Source of the DNA: Octopus bimaculoides
Lineage: Eukaryota
NCBI RefSeq assembly: GCF_001194135.2
Contig: NC_068990.1
Span: 41,095,674 to 41,159,673, forward strand
DNA length: 64,000 nucleotides
Direction: 5' to 3'
The notes under the pieces were generated by a model. It did not search any database. It saw nothing but the letters and a program-made list of their open reading frames with translations, and was not told where the DNA came from. Of this stretch, positions 14,226 to 27,360 are shown one piece after another; position 1 is the first letter of the stretch, and each line of letters opens with the position of its first letter. The translations under genes were made by a program, and so were the position numbers.

Positions 14226-15056
14226 ATTCAATTAGGTCAAATTTTTCCCTGAAAATGGTTATGATTGAACGATTTAATGTTTTAAAAGCAGCCATTATAT
14301 CATTATATTCTGTTATGAACTTTGTGTTGCTATACATCTTTTCCTGTTGTATTTACTAACAATTGAGAAAGGTTTTTTACCTCCATTTACAGTATGCTAT
14401 AAATTTAATAGCTGAATAGTTCTTGAGTATAAATCGACTTCGTTTATTTAAATGTTCTGTTACGACTAAATTATATTTTTCAAAAAACTTTATAATGAAT
14501 TGTTGCTTCGATGCACGCATCTCTATTATGCTCCTATTGTTCATGAACTGAAAGTACAAGTCAATAAATTTTAACGAATATGATTCTACGCTTCAAATTT
14601 AAATTTCTAAAATGGCTGTAATATACATATATTTGAAAAGTACATATTTTTTATCACAACCACAATAGAATATGATCCACAAACTGTTATTCAATGTTTG
14701 TGCGCCTCTATCAACTGCGATACATTTCAAATATTTAAACTAAGTCAGTCAGTCATTTCAAAATCGTACGCTTCATTATTCCGCTATAATTCAGCGATAG
14801 GTTATACTAGATAATCATATCTATTTATTTGAGTACGTATACACGCATGTCACAATGTCTTAAACTACACCTCAAAACTGCTTGATATTATATATCTGCA
14901 ATACTGGAATCCATTACACGTAGAATTGAGTACACACAGAAACACACGTATGTACTAGCTTTTTTCTTTTTTGTTCTCTTTTACTTCTGTACTGATTCCG
15001 TAGTATGTTTATCTGGCGTCCCGAAGGTTTGCGTTGGGATTTTCATTTGTGGTGTC

Positions 15057-15108
<52 letters not shown>

Positions 15109-15770
15109 GTATATACAGAGATTCATACAGACATGCATATATATATAATGTGTGTGTGTTTCTCTGTGTGTGTGTATGTTGATAACGAAGAGAAGAATTT
15201 AGATTTTACTCACATCTGAAAATTTTATTTAAAAGATTTCTACAGTATATACATCAGACCTACGACCTACAAATATTTCGACTGCAGCGACTACACATTG
15301 CTTCGTATACAATTATGCATCCTAGCCGTTACAATTTCATCAAGAGTCCATCGCTCACGAAGTTTTCAAAGTGAACTTTTTCAAACAAGTGTCCTGCGTT
15401 CCTATTCAGTTGAAGGTAACAGCGTTACTGTTTATATTCAATGGAATGCTGGTCTTATAATAACCTCTTCTTGTATTACAGATTTCAGTTATAGTAAAGT
15501 TATTAAATACTCTACGGAATATTCGCTGCTCTGAATAGGAACACGGAATTACCTAACGAGTGAAGTTTACCAGCACCAGTATCTTTTTCTAAGCTTCAGG
15601 GCTATGTCATGGACCGTTCGGGATAGCCGGCATCAAAACCAATTTGAGATATAATACGGTATCCGCCCAGGACAACTTATCCATTTTATATTCCTTTTTT
15701 GCCTGTCTTTCTGTCTGTCTATCTGTCTGTCTCCGTCTCTCTCTCTCTCTCTCTCTCTCTCCTCTCCCCC

Positions 15771-15825
<55 letters not shown>

Positions 15826-16180
15826 AGTGTGTGCGAATATCTGTATATGTCTGTGTGTATACATATATATACATACACATACACACACGTTTATTAGTTG
15901 GTTCTTCCTATTTATTGCAAAAGATAGAATCATCTTGCCATTTTGTTTTTCATTAGTGAAGTTGAAGCTTAATGGAATGAAGTATTTCGTATAAAGTTTA
16001 TACAATTATTTAATTTGAATTGTTTTTTCTCGTTTCAACAATAAATATTTGATGAATCAAGAAATCCATTCAGTGTTGTATTAAACGGTCTATTTTATTA
16101 ATTTGACAATTATGAATTGTCCATATAGCTGATTCTTGAAACAAAAAGCCCTTAAGGCTCTAAATATTTGAGCAACTTAC

Positions 16181-16603
16181 AAACATCCATGTAGCAAGAG
16201 AAGCCGCCATTAAAAAGGATGAGTCGAACGAAGAAAGGAATACCAATGACCTCTTTTTTTCTGAACGTCCGAATAGGTGAATGGGGGATTTCGATAATAT
16301 TCTATTTCCCCACCGGAGAGGAAGTTGTGCGTCCTTAAAGCCATGATTCCTAGAAAGATCTGCTTCGAGAAAGTGTGTCGTAGGAAGAAGGTAAAAACGA
16401 ATGTGCAGCCTCAATATCTAGCGATAGTGACATTTGGAAAATGCTTGAAGGTCATTAATTTTTCCATTACTACGTCTTTTCAACTGAAATGTTAGCTATA
16501 TTACTGTCTTACCGTAATCGAAGATAGTATCGGATTTTTGTCTACACCGCTGTTCACAATGCGCTGCTTCCTGGCATTGTTGCAGCTTTCGAATAGTGCT
16601 ATT
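16181..16603 (-). other. Candidate exon pair (16513-16603 and 16181-16260)
   Basis: Donors ACG|GTAAGA and TTT|GTAAGT, acceptors AACCAGCAG and GTTCAG. Phases are compatible and give NSTIRKLQQCQEAAHCEQRCRQKSDTIFDYEKKRSLVFLSSFDSSFLMAASLATWMF. Product not recognised. Confidence 0.2.
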
Positions 16604-19600
16604 CTGCTGGTTAAGTGGGTAGTTCAGTCAGCTATATAGACATTTTATGATGAGAATTAAGTAAAACTATTTTTTCCTCCACCTTCTCCAATTAAAAAGG
16701 AAATTTCAGTTAACAGAGAAGTTTTTGTTTCTCATGCTGTTCATTACTTCTTAACTAGTCTATATAGATTTGCGCAAACAAACAAAATGATTTGAAGCAT
16801 CAACTGGGTAAAAAATGAAGCTTGCTTAACTTTGAACTCTGACTCTCTAAATATATTTATAGCTACTGTAAGAATAACAAATTCTGGCACACGAAATTTC
16901 GAAATAAACGCAAATATATTCCTTTTGATGTCGTGATTGATTTTTAGCTCTGGATCATTTGTGATCGGGAAGATCTATTGTTAAATGCATTGCAGCCGTG
17001 ACTATACTATCTTAGCTTCAGACCTTATATTTCGAGGACATTTTTCTCAAATCATTCCGTTCTTAAATCGAGAGTATAATTTGAGGTAGATTTAACAGCA
17101 ACTTCTACCAGCTCGAGTACTTAGAGGTTCTATCTTTGCAGAGGCTCTATCTATGTAGAGGCGCTATCTTTGGATTGCAGTCGTATTCCTGTATTTCATT
17201 TGGTGCTGATCGTAGGTCCTCTGGGTCAATATTCTTGAAATACACATACGCATAGTCTCTTTCTTTCTCACACACACATATACATACACATAACGTATTC
17301 AATATATATACCATACGAGGGTATGCTTGTATGTATGTTTTTGAGTCAGGGAGGAGCACACATATATCCTACTTAAACACAAAAAATAACACACTGAAGC
17401 AACTTTAAATGAATGACGCAATAAACTTTCCAAAGTTCATCGGAAGAAAATAAATATTTTCCTCACCAATTGATAAATTCTTCTAGAATAAAATGTCTGC
17501 CAAAAGTAAATATGATTTCAATCGGTGAATAAATATGGCGCCTAATTCAGATGCAGTTCTAGTACAGCAGGAGACTGTTAGAAGAGAAAGTTATGAATAT
17601 TAATTGCTTTATTCGTTTCATAAGTCTTTTTAATAAGATATCTATTTGATATAGAAATATATCTATATATTACATAGAAAAACATTGCATTACAAAAACA
17701 ACTAAACAAAAAACAAAACAAAACGACTCTTTTATTTTTTTGTTTTTGTTTTTCATCATCGGTGCCGTTATTGTTATTTATCGAATTGTCATTATAGTTG
17801 GTATTATTTGAAATATATTAACATCATTATTATTAGTATATGTTTTGAGTTCAGATCATGCCGACGTAGCCTTTTCCTTTCAGTCAAATAAATAAATAAT
17901 GTAAGTGCTTAAATATATGAATCTCCTCAAATGTACATGTTACTCTGTGCCATTAGTAAGAAACCAGTCAAGTACTTCAGGGAGTTTACTCCACTGATGG
18001 TCGTAGGGAAGAAGGCCCCTTGATGAAGGTACTGCGTAGGAAAAGTAGCAAATAAATCGTTATCTTTAATACATTAAAAAAATATATTTAACCTTCTTCA
18101 GCGTCGTGGCAAAAAGGAAACTAATAATAAAAAGAATTACACGGATGCATGGTGGTCTCTCTTGTCATTAAACGGATCAAAAATTGTATTTCTCATCTTG
18201 AGAATCACTTTCATCTATTAAGCACGTCCTCAAATGTATGGCCTTGTGCGCACGTGAACCCCTCCATATATACATGTATGTGTGTGCGAGTGGGTGTGTT
18301 TGTTTGTGAGTGTGTGGGTGCGCGCATGTGTTTGTGTGTGTGTTTGCAGGTGCAGCATGGTCGAATGCTTAACAAGTTCGCTTCAGGTAGCTTCATAGCA
18401 TGAAAACTGCATAGAATCCTATCGAGTGGATTGTACATGTAATTCAAAAGGTACAGTCTTGTCTTTCACTGAGTCACATCACCTTTAATCCGCGCACGTA
18501 CGAATCTCTATCATTGGGGGTCATGGTTATATCTTTGTAGTCTTCATCAGTTTTGTATTGTTGTGGGATCTCGTTTGTGCTGCATAGAATAGGCTGCTTA
18601 ACGTGGAGTTGTGTTATTTTTCGAGGTTAAGTTTGACTTTCATATATGCTGTGTGCATTGCGTTATATTATTAGATAAACAACGGTATAGAATTTGAATC
18701 ATATGAGATTTTCTTTGGTGAGCAAATGGTGGTCTAGTTTATTGTGTGGTGATTATGTAGAGTAATGTTTATGTAATATATCGTCTCTTGGTATCTCCAA
18801 GAGTAAGTTCTGTATGAGTTACGTAATTTTATAAGGTGGTTATTCTATAGGCTGCCTATAGAATGCAGAAAGTGTTCCGTTTGAGTTGTACGCTTCAGTT
18901 GTACGCTTCAATATCTTCTTCAATAGGATACTATATCTAATGTTTTATTTATCATTGCCACTGTTTATATTTTTATGCCCCACTTCACACATACTTCAGT
19001 TTCAAGATCTTTGTTATTGGTCGGTTTCTTCACTATTTATTCTGGAAAGATTTGTTATAAAGTGATCGAGAAAATCAAGATATTTTCATTCTTGTTATTG
19101 TTTATTATATCTGAACAGTTTACCAGATCTTCTAATCAGTCTGGGTGAGCATATAACATACTGTTGTGGACATACCATCCTGATGTATCGTGTTTGATAA
19201 ATTCATATACCTGATTTTATCCATTTTTACGTCGAAGTTTCACGATATTGCCCAGTGATCAAACTACCAGAATCAATTATGTCAATGAATATATTATGAT
19301 TTGGCAAAAACTGAGCAGCTGGAGCTGATCGGGTGAATTGTCTCGTTGTATTAGTTACATAGTCTGCATTTGAAGATAACACTTTTGTAGCAATTGGCAT
19401 TGGTGGTGCGCTAGCTTAAACCAAATTTTCTTTTCCTGCTTTTTTTAGTCAAGTGTTATTGCAACAGTGTTAGCCTTTACTTTTGCCTATTGCTACTGTT
19501 TTACAGTCATATTTAACAATGTATGTTGATGAATATGATCATTAAAGAAAACATGATATGGAAGAAATATATTAAACACTATCTTCTTATACCAAAGCAT

Positions 19601-19985
19601 CACGTACTGGAGCAGACAAAAAAGAAAATAACGTACTTCTGTTTTGCAAAAATAGAAGTATGCGCTTTAAACAAAATCTCAACCCATACCAAAAAGCAAA
19701 ATCCCAACCCATATCAAAAAGCAAAACCGGAAACGCTATACAATGTGGACTACGTACCTGCAAATTGCAGTGAACGGCCGTGTAAAATTTTCACTATCTC
19801 ATAATAGCACATTCTGACTTTGGCATCCAATTGTTTGTTAACCTAGGACGATTACGTCATTATGAATCACATATACACGATTCAGTGCCACCCGGTGCAT
19901 ATGCATATTTCTATATGTGTCTGTATGAGAGAGAGAGAGAAAGAGAAAGAGACAGAGAGAGAGATAGAGGGAGAGATAGAGAGAG

Positions 19986-20041
<56 letters not shown>

Positions 20042-20271
20042 TGTGTGTATGTATTGATTTTTTTCATCTATGTAACTATCGACTCCAATTATTTGTGTAT
20101 GCGTGCGTCTGTCTGTGAATGTCCGCATACATATGTTAGTGCATGAAACAGCCATAAATACAGACGATAGTCATAGCACATACACACACACACACACATA
20201 TACAGACCACTGCATACATACAAACACAAACACGCACACCTCCACACACACACAGACACAAGCACACACGC

Positions 20272-20304
<33 letters not shown>

Positions 20305-20720
20305 GATTTATACATGCATGCATACATACACATACAGATACACATATATCTGGAAAAAAGGTAAGTTCATAGCTTTATATATGTGTATATATACATATAG
20401 ATACAAATTAATATTACGACACATTGTATGTATGGGGTGGAGCATTGAACACAGCAGTGTGTGTGAGTCTATGAGTGTTACTCTGTGAGTGAACATGTAT
20501 GCAAATGATCGTGTATAAGTGTGTACGTGTGTGTTAGTATTTGCAACGAACAACAACAACAACTACTACTACTACTACTACTACAAAAATGATCTTATTG
20601 CTTTTAGATAGACTATATTATACAAATTTCGACATTCCAATAGTTTAGAGAAGGCGGGAGGCACGGCGATGCAATCAAGTAAACCTATCGATAGAATAAA
20701 TAATGATAAAAATAAAATAT

Positions 20721-20780
<60 letters not shown>

Positions 20781-21741
20781 NNNNNNNNNNNNNNNNNNNN
20801 NNNNNNNNNNNNNNNNNNNNNNNNNNNNNNNNNNNNNNNNNNNNNNNNNNNNNNNNNNNNNNNNNNNNNNNNNNNNNNNNNNNNNNNNNNNNNNNNNNNN
20901 NNNNNNNNNNNNNNNNNNNNNNNNNNNNNNNNNNNNNNNNNNNNNNNNNNNNNNNNNNNNNNNNNNNNNNNNNNNNNNNNNNNNNNNNNNNNNNNNNNNN
21001 NNNNNNNNNNNNNNNNNNNNNNNNNNNNNNNNNNNNNNNNNNNNNNNNNNNNNNNNNNNNNNNNNNNNNNNNNNNNNNNNNNNNNNNNNNNNNNNNNNNN
21101 NNNNNNNNNNNNNNNNNNNNNNNNNNNNNNNNNNNNNNNNNNNNNNNNNNNNNNNNNNNNNNNNNNNNNNNNNNNNNNNNNNNNNNNNNNNNNNNNNNNN
21201 NNNNNNNNNNNNNNNNNNNNNNNNNNNNNNNNNNNNNNNNNNNNNNNNNNNNNNNNNNNNNNNNNNNNNNNNNNNNNNNNNNNNNNNNNNNNNNNNNNNN
21301 NNNNNNNNNNNNNNNNNNNNNNNNNNNNNNNNNNNNNNNNNNNNNNNNNNNNNNNNNNNNNNNNNNNNNNNNNNNNNNNNNNNNNNNNNNNNNNNNNNNN
21401 NNNNNNNNNNNNNNNNNNNNNNNNNNNNNNNNNNNNNNNNNNNNNNNNNNNNNNNNNNNNNNNNNNNNNNNNNNNNNNNNNNNNNNNNNNNNNNNNNNNN
21501 NNNNNNNNNNNNNNNNNNNNNNNNNNNNNNNNNNNNNNNNNNNNNNNNNNNNNNNNNNNNNNNNNNNNNNNNNNNNNNNNNNNNNNNNNNNNNNNNNNNN
21601 NNNNNNNNNNNNNNNNNNNNNNNNNNNNNNNNNNNNNNNNNNNNNNNNNNNNNNNNNNNNNNNNNNNNNNNNNNNNNNNNNNNNNNNNNNNNNNNNNNNN
21701 NNNNNNNNNNNNNNNNNNNNNNNNNNNNNNNNNNNNNNNNN

Positions 21742-21792
21742 GAACCTGGAACCGTGTGGTTGGTAAGCAAGCTACTTACCATACAGCTACTG
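21742..21792 (-). mobile_element. SINE family B head at gap edge
   Basis: GAACCTGGAACCGTGTGGTTGGTAAGCAAGCTACTTACCATACAGC. Confidence 0.8.
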
Positions 21793-22247
21793 TAGAAGGG
21801 GTGAGTGTTGGAGATGTTTCGAAAGTTCTAGTTTGTCCGGAAAAACAATAAACTGGTTCATTAGATTTATTACCCTTTACAAATTCTGCTATATTCATGT
21901 GTGGGTGTGTGTGTGTGTGTGTGTCTGTGTGTGTGTGTGTGTATGTGTGTGTGTGTGTGTTTGCGTGTGTGTGTGTATGAGTGTGTGTATGTATTGTATA
22001 AATACACTTCCTTGCATATACCTTAATTCATGTATATATAAATGATTAACTTGATAAACAGAAATAGTTCCTTAATTAATATATATTTTTTGTACACGTA
22101 CGAACACGCGCACGAACACACATACATGCATGTATATATATATATGCGTGTGTGCGTGTGTGTGTATACACCCAACCTCAATCCCATACAAATGTATATA
22201 TGTATGTATGTACGTATAGATAGACAGACAGACAGACAGACGGACAG

Positions 22248-22316
<69 letters not shown>

Positions 22317-23377
22317 TATGGCATTGAAAACATTTTACATATGTTGAATGAAAAACGCGTATCCCGCAGGAGGATCGAAATAATAGAAATCAGATAATTT
22401 TAACAATAATAAACACTCTCTCATTGGCACACACNNNNNNNNNNNNNNNNNNNNNNNNNNNNNNNNNNNNNNNNNNNNNNNNNNNNNNNNNNNNNNNNNN
22501 NNNNNNNNNNNNNNNNNNNNNNNNNNNNNNNNNNNNNNNNNNNNNNNNNNNNNNNNNNNNNNNNNNNNNNNNNNNNNNNNNNNNNNNNNNNNNNNNNNNN
22601 NNNNNNNNNNNNNNNNNNNNNNNNNNNNNNNNNNNNNNNNNNNNNNNNNNNNNNNNNNNNNNNNNNNNNNNNNNNNNNNNNNNNNNNNNNNNNNNNNNNN
22701 NNNNNNNNNNNNNNNNNNNNNNNNNNNNNNNNNNNNNNNNNNNNNNNNNNNNNNNNNNNNNNNNNNNNNNNNNNNNNNNNNNNNNNNNNNNNNNNNNNNN
22801 NNNNNNNNNNNNNNNNNNNNNNNNNNNNNNNNNNNNNNNNNNNNNNNNNNNNNNNNNNNNNNNNNNNNNNNNNNNNNNNNNNNNNNNNNNNNNNNNNNNN
22901 NNNNNNNNNNNNNNNNNNNNNNNNNNNNNNNNNNNNNNNNNNNNNNNNNNNNNNNNNNNNNNNNNNNNNNNNNNNNNNNNNNNNNNNNNNNNNNNNNNNN
23001 NNNNNNNNNNNNNNNNNNNNNNNNNNNNNNNNNNNNNNNNNNNNNNNNNNNNNNNNNNNNNNNNNNNNNNNNNNNNNNNNNNNNNNNNNNNNNNNNNNNN
23101 NNNNNNNNNNNNNNNNNNNNNNNNNNNNNNNNNNNNNNNNNNNNNNNNNNNNNNNNNNNNNNNNNNNNNNNNNNNNNNNNNNNNNNNNNNNNNNNNNNNN
23201 NNNNNNNNNNNNNNNNNNNNNNNNNNNNNNNNNNNNNNNNNNNNNNNNNNNNNNNNNNNNNNNNNNNNNNNNNNNNNNNNNNNNNNNNNNNNNNNNNNNN
23301 NNNNNNNNNNNNNNNNNNNNNNNNNNNNNNNNNNNNNNNNNNNNNNNNNNNNNNNNNNNNNNNNNNNNNNNNNNNNT

Positions 23378-23660
23378 ATATACGTTCACATATTCGTTTT
23401 GCAAGATTCTTGATGTGAAATCTGTGTTGAAACTGATATTGTTGTATTTGGGGATGGTCATGTTGTCAGTTTAGCCAATAAAAGCACACGCACTGTATAT
23501 TTGGTGTTAATTTGCTTCAGCTTATTTTATTTTTTACATTAATCGTATTTCGGCCAGAGTTCTTTTGTCATACTTCTGCGACCTCATCAGTGGTCCTTTG
23601 CTTTCTTCTTTCTTATTTGTGTGTCTTTCTTTACTAACGATCAGCCATAAATCAGCGTCA
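23378..23660 (-). repeat. Dispersed repeat carrying a hammerhead-like core (possible Penelope-like terminal repeat)
   Basis: Minus strand: CUGAUGA-GGUC(GC)AGA(A)GU..ACUCUGGCC-GAAA followed by a near-palindrome UAC(G)AUUAAUGUA. No stem I partner is found. Confidence 0.4.
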
Positions 23661-24204
23661 TATATACATCTATTACTAATGTACACATATGACACTGAAA
23701 TCATACAATTTAAACTACATTAACCAATGCAATCCGTAGTCAAATACTCTTCTGCTCGCAATTTGCTTTCCAGCATATACTCCGATCACATTTGGACAAA
23801 TCCGCTGGGCGAAAATCCAAGCAGCTCGAGTGTGCTTCGTCAACTTTACAGAATATTTTAAACCAAAACTGGTATTAATTGATGTAAGCAATTCGCATGT
23901 ATTGAAAGTGTCTTTTGACAAAGACAGGAAAATCCCGGGTCGGTTTCAATTTTTGAGTTATCTTTCGCCAGTGATAGCGTACTTTATATAACTCATCAAG
24001 AGCTTAAATGTTTAGGCCAATTAACATCTGTGTGTGAGTGTGTGTTTATTTGGTGAGTGAGGATAGTAAATCGATTGTTTATAAGGATAGTAGTCCGTGT
24101 AAGAACTATTTTATGAGTAAAGATTATTGTTCGTCTTACATATTTTACAATTGTTCGTCTTATATATTTTACAATTAAAATGTTGATGATAATATAGAAC
24201 TTGT

Positions 24205-24237
<33 letters not shown>

Positions 24238-24496
24238 GTATACACACATTCGTACACGCACACTCGCACACACACAAAGCAAAAATAGATGCATATGGTT
24301 ATGCATTTGTGTATTGTACTGAAGGGAGAACGTACACAGTACTGATAGCGATTGTACTCTTAAATTGAGAAAGGTAACGCTTATTAGTGTATTCCTTAAT
24401 TGGAGTTTCTCTTGATTGTTCATGGGGAATGGTAGTGAGAATTCCAAGTAGTGACTCAGTGACTATTATACAGACGTACATACACATACATACGTA

Positions 24497-24542
<46 letters not shown>

Positions 24543-25888
24543 ACACGCACACATTCGTACAAGTATGTATGCTTATGTACATCCGTAGTGGATTTCTGTC
24601 GTTCGAAGTTGAGAATGCAAATGTTCATTCAACTGAATTATCTGCTCCTGAATTAGCTAGTAAGTGGCTTACCATTTCACAGAGATACGTAATTCTTATG
24701 TATATAACAGAGTTTGTGACAAGGCCATACCTTCTTTATAACCCAGCCGACGGCTCCTCTACAGTTTCCACCTGGTCAGTTTCACTTATAAAAAAATGGG
24801 TCTCATCCAGATTATATAAAACTAAATTTGCCCAAAATATCACGCAGTAGAGAATATATGTGTGAATGCATGCCCGATGGTGGTGAAGAGGTCTAATGTT
24901 AGTGAAGACTGAAACATGTCCAGAGTTGTCTCCACATTGTTGTGATCTGATACACTTCTCACTATATTGTCCATATTCCACTTAACGTCTCAGGATTATG
25001 TTTCCACTTTTACTTGATCAGAATTGACTGTTACCTTAATGATTATTTCTCCTCCTGTGGTTTATTCTTCTTATTTTTTGCTCACTATATAACATACGTG
25101 AACATCGACCTAGCTATGTGGATTTCTCGTAGAGCATCTCTTCTGGGCATTTCTGTTTGTTTCCCATTCCACCCTCCGTATCTATCGTTATACATATTCT
25201 AAGTCTGTCTCTAATCAGAGACAAATTAATCTGGACTATGAACCCTAAATTTTGGGATTCTCTACTTCTGTCCGATGCGTGTCTACGTCTCCCCTATACT
25301 CATCTACCTCTCAGTCAACATATACAATCCCTCCTCTATAACTTGCATGCTTTTCTCTCTGACAGTTCTTATCTTCCGTAAGTATCAAATTCCATGTAGG
25401 TGGCGCCTTTTATCCTTGTATTTACATCTCTTACATTTTGTTATCATTTCCTTCACTAAACTTACCCCTACCATACTCCTACTCAACCTTCACACACACA
25501 CAGACTTACATAAACATACACACACATGTGTATGTTTTTTCTATGTGTGTCCGTTTATATATATATATATATATATATATGCATGTCTATAAAAATTAGC
25601 TGTTTAGAAAGAAACATATGTATATGTATATATAAATATATGTGTGTGCGTGTGTATATATATATATATGAACATACAGTACATTTTGACGTACAGACGT
25701 ACAGATGACCACTAAATTCTACCTATACAAGTGTTTCCGGTTCACTCCTATTCCCTTGTTCACCTACCTCTATAACCCCACTTCAGTCTTAGTATACACA
25801 TATACAAGTCTCTCTTCCTATCTCTATGTAACTTACACCTTTTTCTCTCTCTCCCCTCTCCTCTTTCTCTCACATCTCTCTCTCTCTC

Positions 25889-25923
<35 letters not shown>

Positions 25924-26283
25924 NNNNNNNNNNNNNNNNNNNNNNNNNNNNNNNNNNNNNNNNNNNNNNNNNNNNNNNNNNNNNNNNNNNNNNNNNNNNN
26001 NNNNNNNNNNNNNNNNNNNNNNNNNNNNNNNNNNNNNNNNNNNNNNNNNNNNNNNNNNNNNNNNNNNNNNNNNNNNNNNNNNNNNNNNNNNNNNNNNNNN
26101 NNNNNNNNNNNNNNNNNNNNNNNNNNNNNNNNNNNNNNNNNNNNNNNNNNNNNNNNNNNNNNNNNNNNNNNNNNNNNNNNNNNNNNNNNNNNNNNNNNNN
26201 NNNNNNNNNNNNNNNNNNNNNNNNNNNNNNNNNNNNNNNNNNNNNNNNNNNNNNNNNNNNATATATATATATATATATACATA

Positions 26284-26440
26284 TACGATGGGCTTCTTTC
26301 AAATCTCCCCCCCCCCTAAGGCTTAGGTTAGCTCGTGGCTATAACAGAAGACACTTGACCAATGTGCCACGCAGAAGGACTGAACCCGGAATCACTTGGT
26401 TCGGAAGCAAGTTTCTTACCACACAGCCACGTACGCACCT
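26284..26440 (-). mobile_element. SINE family B 5' half
   Basis: GACTGAACCCGGAATCACTTGGTT...CTTACCACACAGCCAC. Confidence 0.8.
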
Positions 26441-26921
26441 ATATATATTTGTGCGTGTGTATGTATGTGTGTGTGTGTATGTGTGAGTGTGTGCATGTGT
26501 GAGTGAGTGTATGTATATGTGTGTATGCGCGCGTGGTGTATTCAGGATTGTAAGCAATTTAGCGTGCAGAACTCTTTTCTGGTTTCTGTCAGCGAATAGT
26601 GGCCATACTGGGGTACATCCGCCAAGATTTTAGCTGATCCTATTGCACACTTTTCTTTCACATCGACTTGTATTTTATCACAGTTTGTCAAGCCACCAAA
26701 ATATGCGATATATGAATGACAAACTTAAGCAACACCAATTTTTACACCGTGAACTTAAAAAGTAAATATAAACGGTCCTCCGTCAGTTTCGACAATTAGT
26801 ATTCAGTTGTTAGATCAATTGAATGGCCCACTCTGTGAGGTAATAAGTCTAATGTGGTTAAAGGTTCCACAGATCGATTTGTCATTAATGTAATCCTAAG
26901 TTGGAATCAGCGTTACAGAGT

Positions 26922-27073
26922 ACCTCGGAATTATAGGCACCCCTTAATTATAGGACCTCATAATTATAGGCACCTCGTAATAATAGTCAGCTTGTAATTA
27001 TAGGCATTTCGTAATTATAGGCACCTAGTAACAATAGGCATTTCGTAATTATAAGCACCTCGTAATTATAGGC
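26922..27073. repeat. 17-bp minisatellite, 9 copies (consensus ACCTCGTAATTATAGGC)
   Basis: Units read directly, e.g. ACCTCGGAATTATAGGC, ACCTCATAATTATAGGC, ATTTCGTAATTATAGGC, ACCTCGTAATTATAGGC. Confidence 0.95.
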
Positions 27074-27079
27074 ATGATC

Positions 27080-27360
27080 TATCCAGCAGGATTATGCAGT
27101 TTCCGCTTTCTAAATCCTATTCATAAGATTGGGGCCGACCTGAGACTTATTGTAAAAAACACGCTTGCTTAAGATGCTGCGTCTATTAACCACAGACCCC
27201 GACCACATATACATATATTACGGGCTTCTGCACTTTCCTCCTTTCAAATTCTGCTCGATGTAAGTCTTTAAGTAAAAGATACTTGCTCAAAGAGTCATCA
27301 ATCGGGACCAACTCTTAAGCCAGGTGATTTCCAAGCGATCTTGTTAACCACTCAGATGCT
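27080..27360 (-). mobile_element. Two highly degenerate SINE family B-like heads
   Basis: CAGTTTCCG..AAATCC..CATAAG..TTGGGGCCGACC and ATACTTGCTCAAAG...TTAACCACTCAG. Confidence 0.4.

Noticed and set aside
20669-23461. ORFs of 300-380 aa
   Set aside because: They are almost entirely N-gap (X) sequence.
24539-24850. 103-aa plus-strand ORF with splice-like sites
   Set aside because: The implied intron is only 51 nt, the peptide is unrecognisable, and the ORF starts in a microsatellite.
26922-27073. CRISPR-like array
   Set aside because: The units are contiguous with no spacers, the context is eukaryotic, and there are no cas genes.
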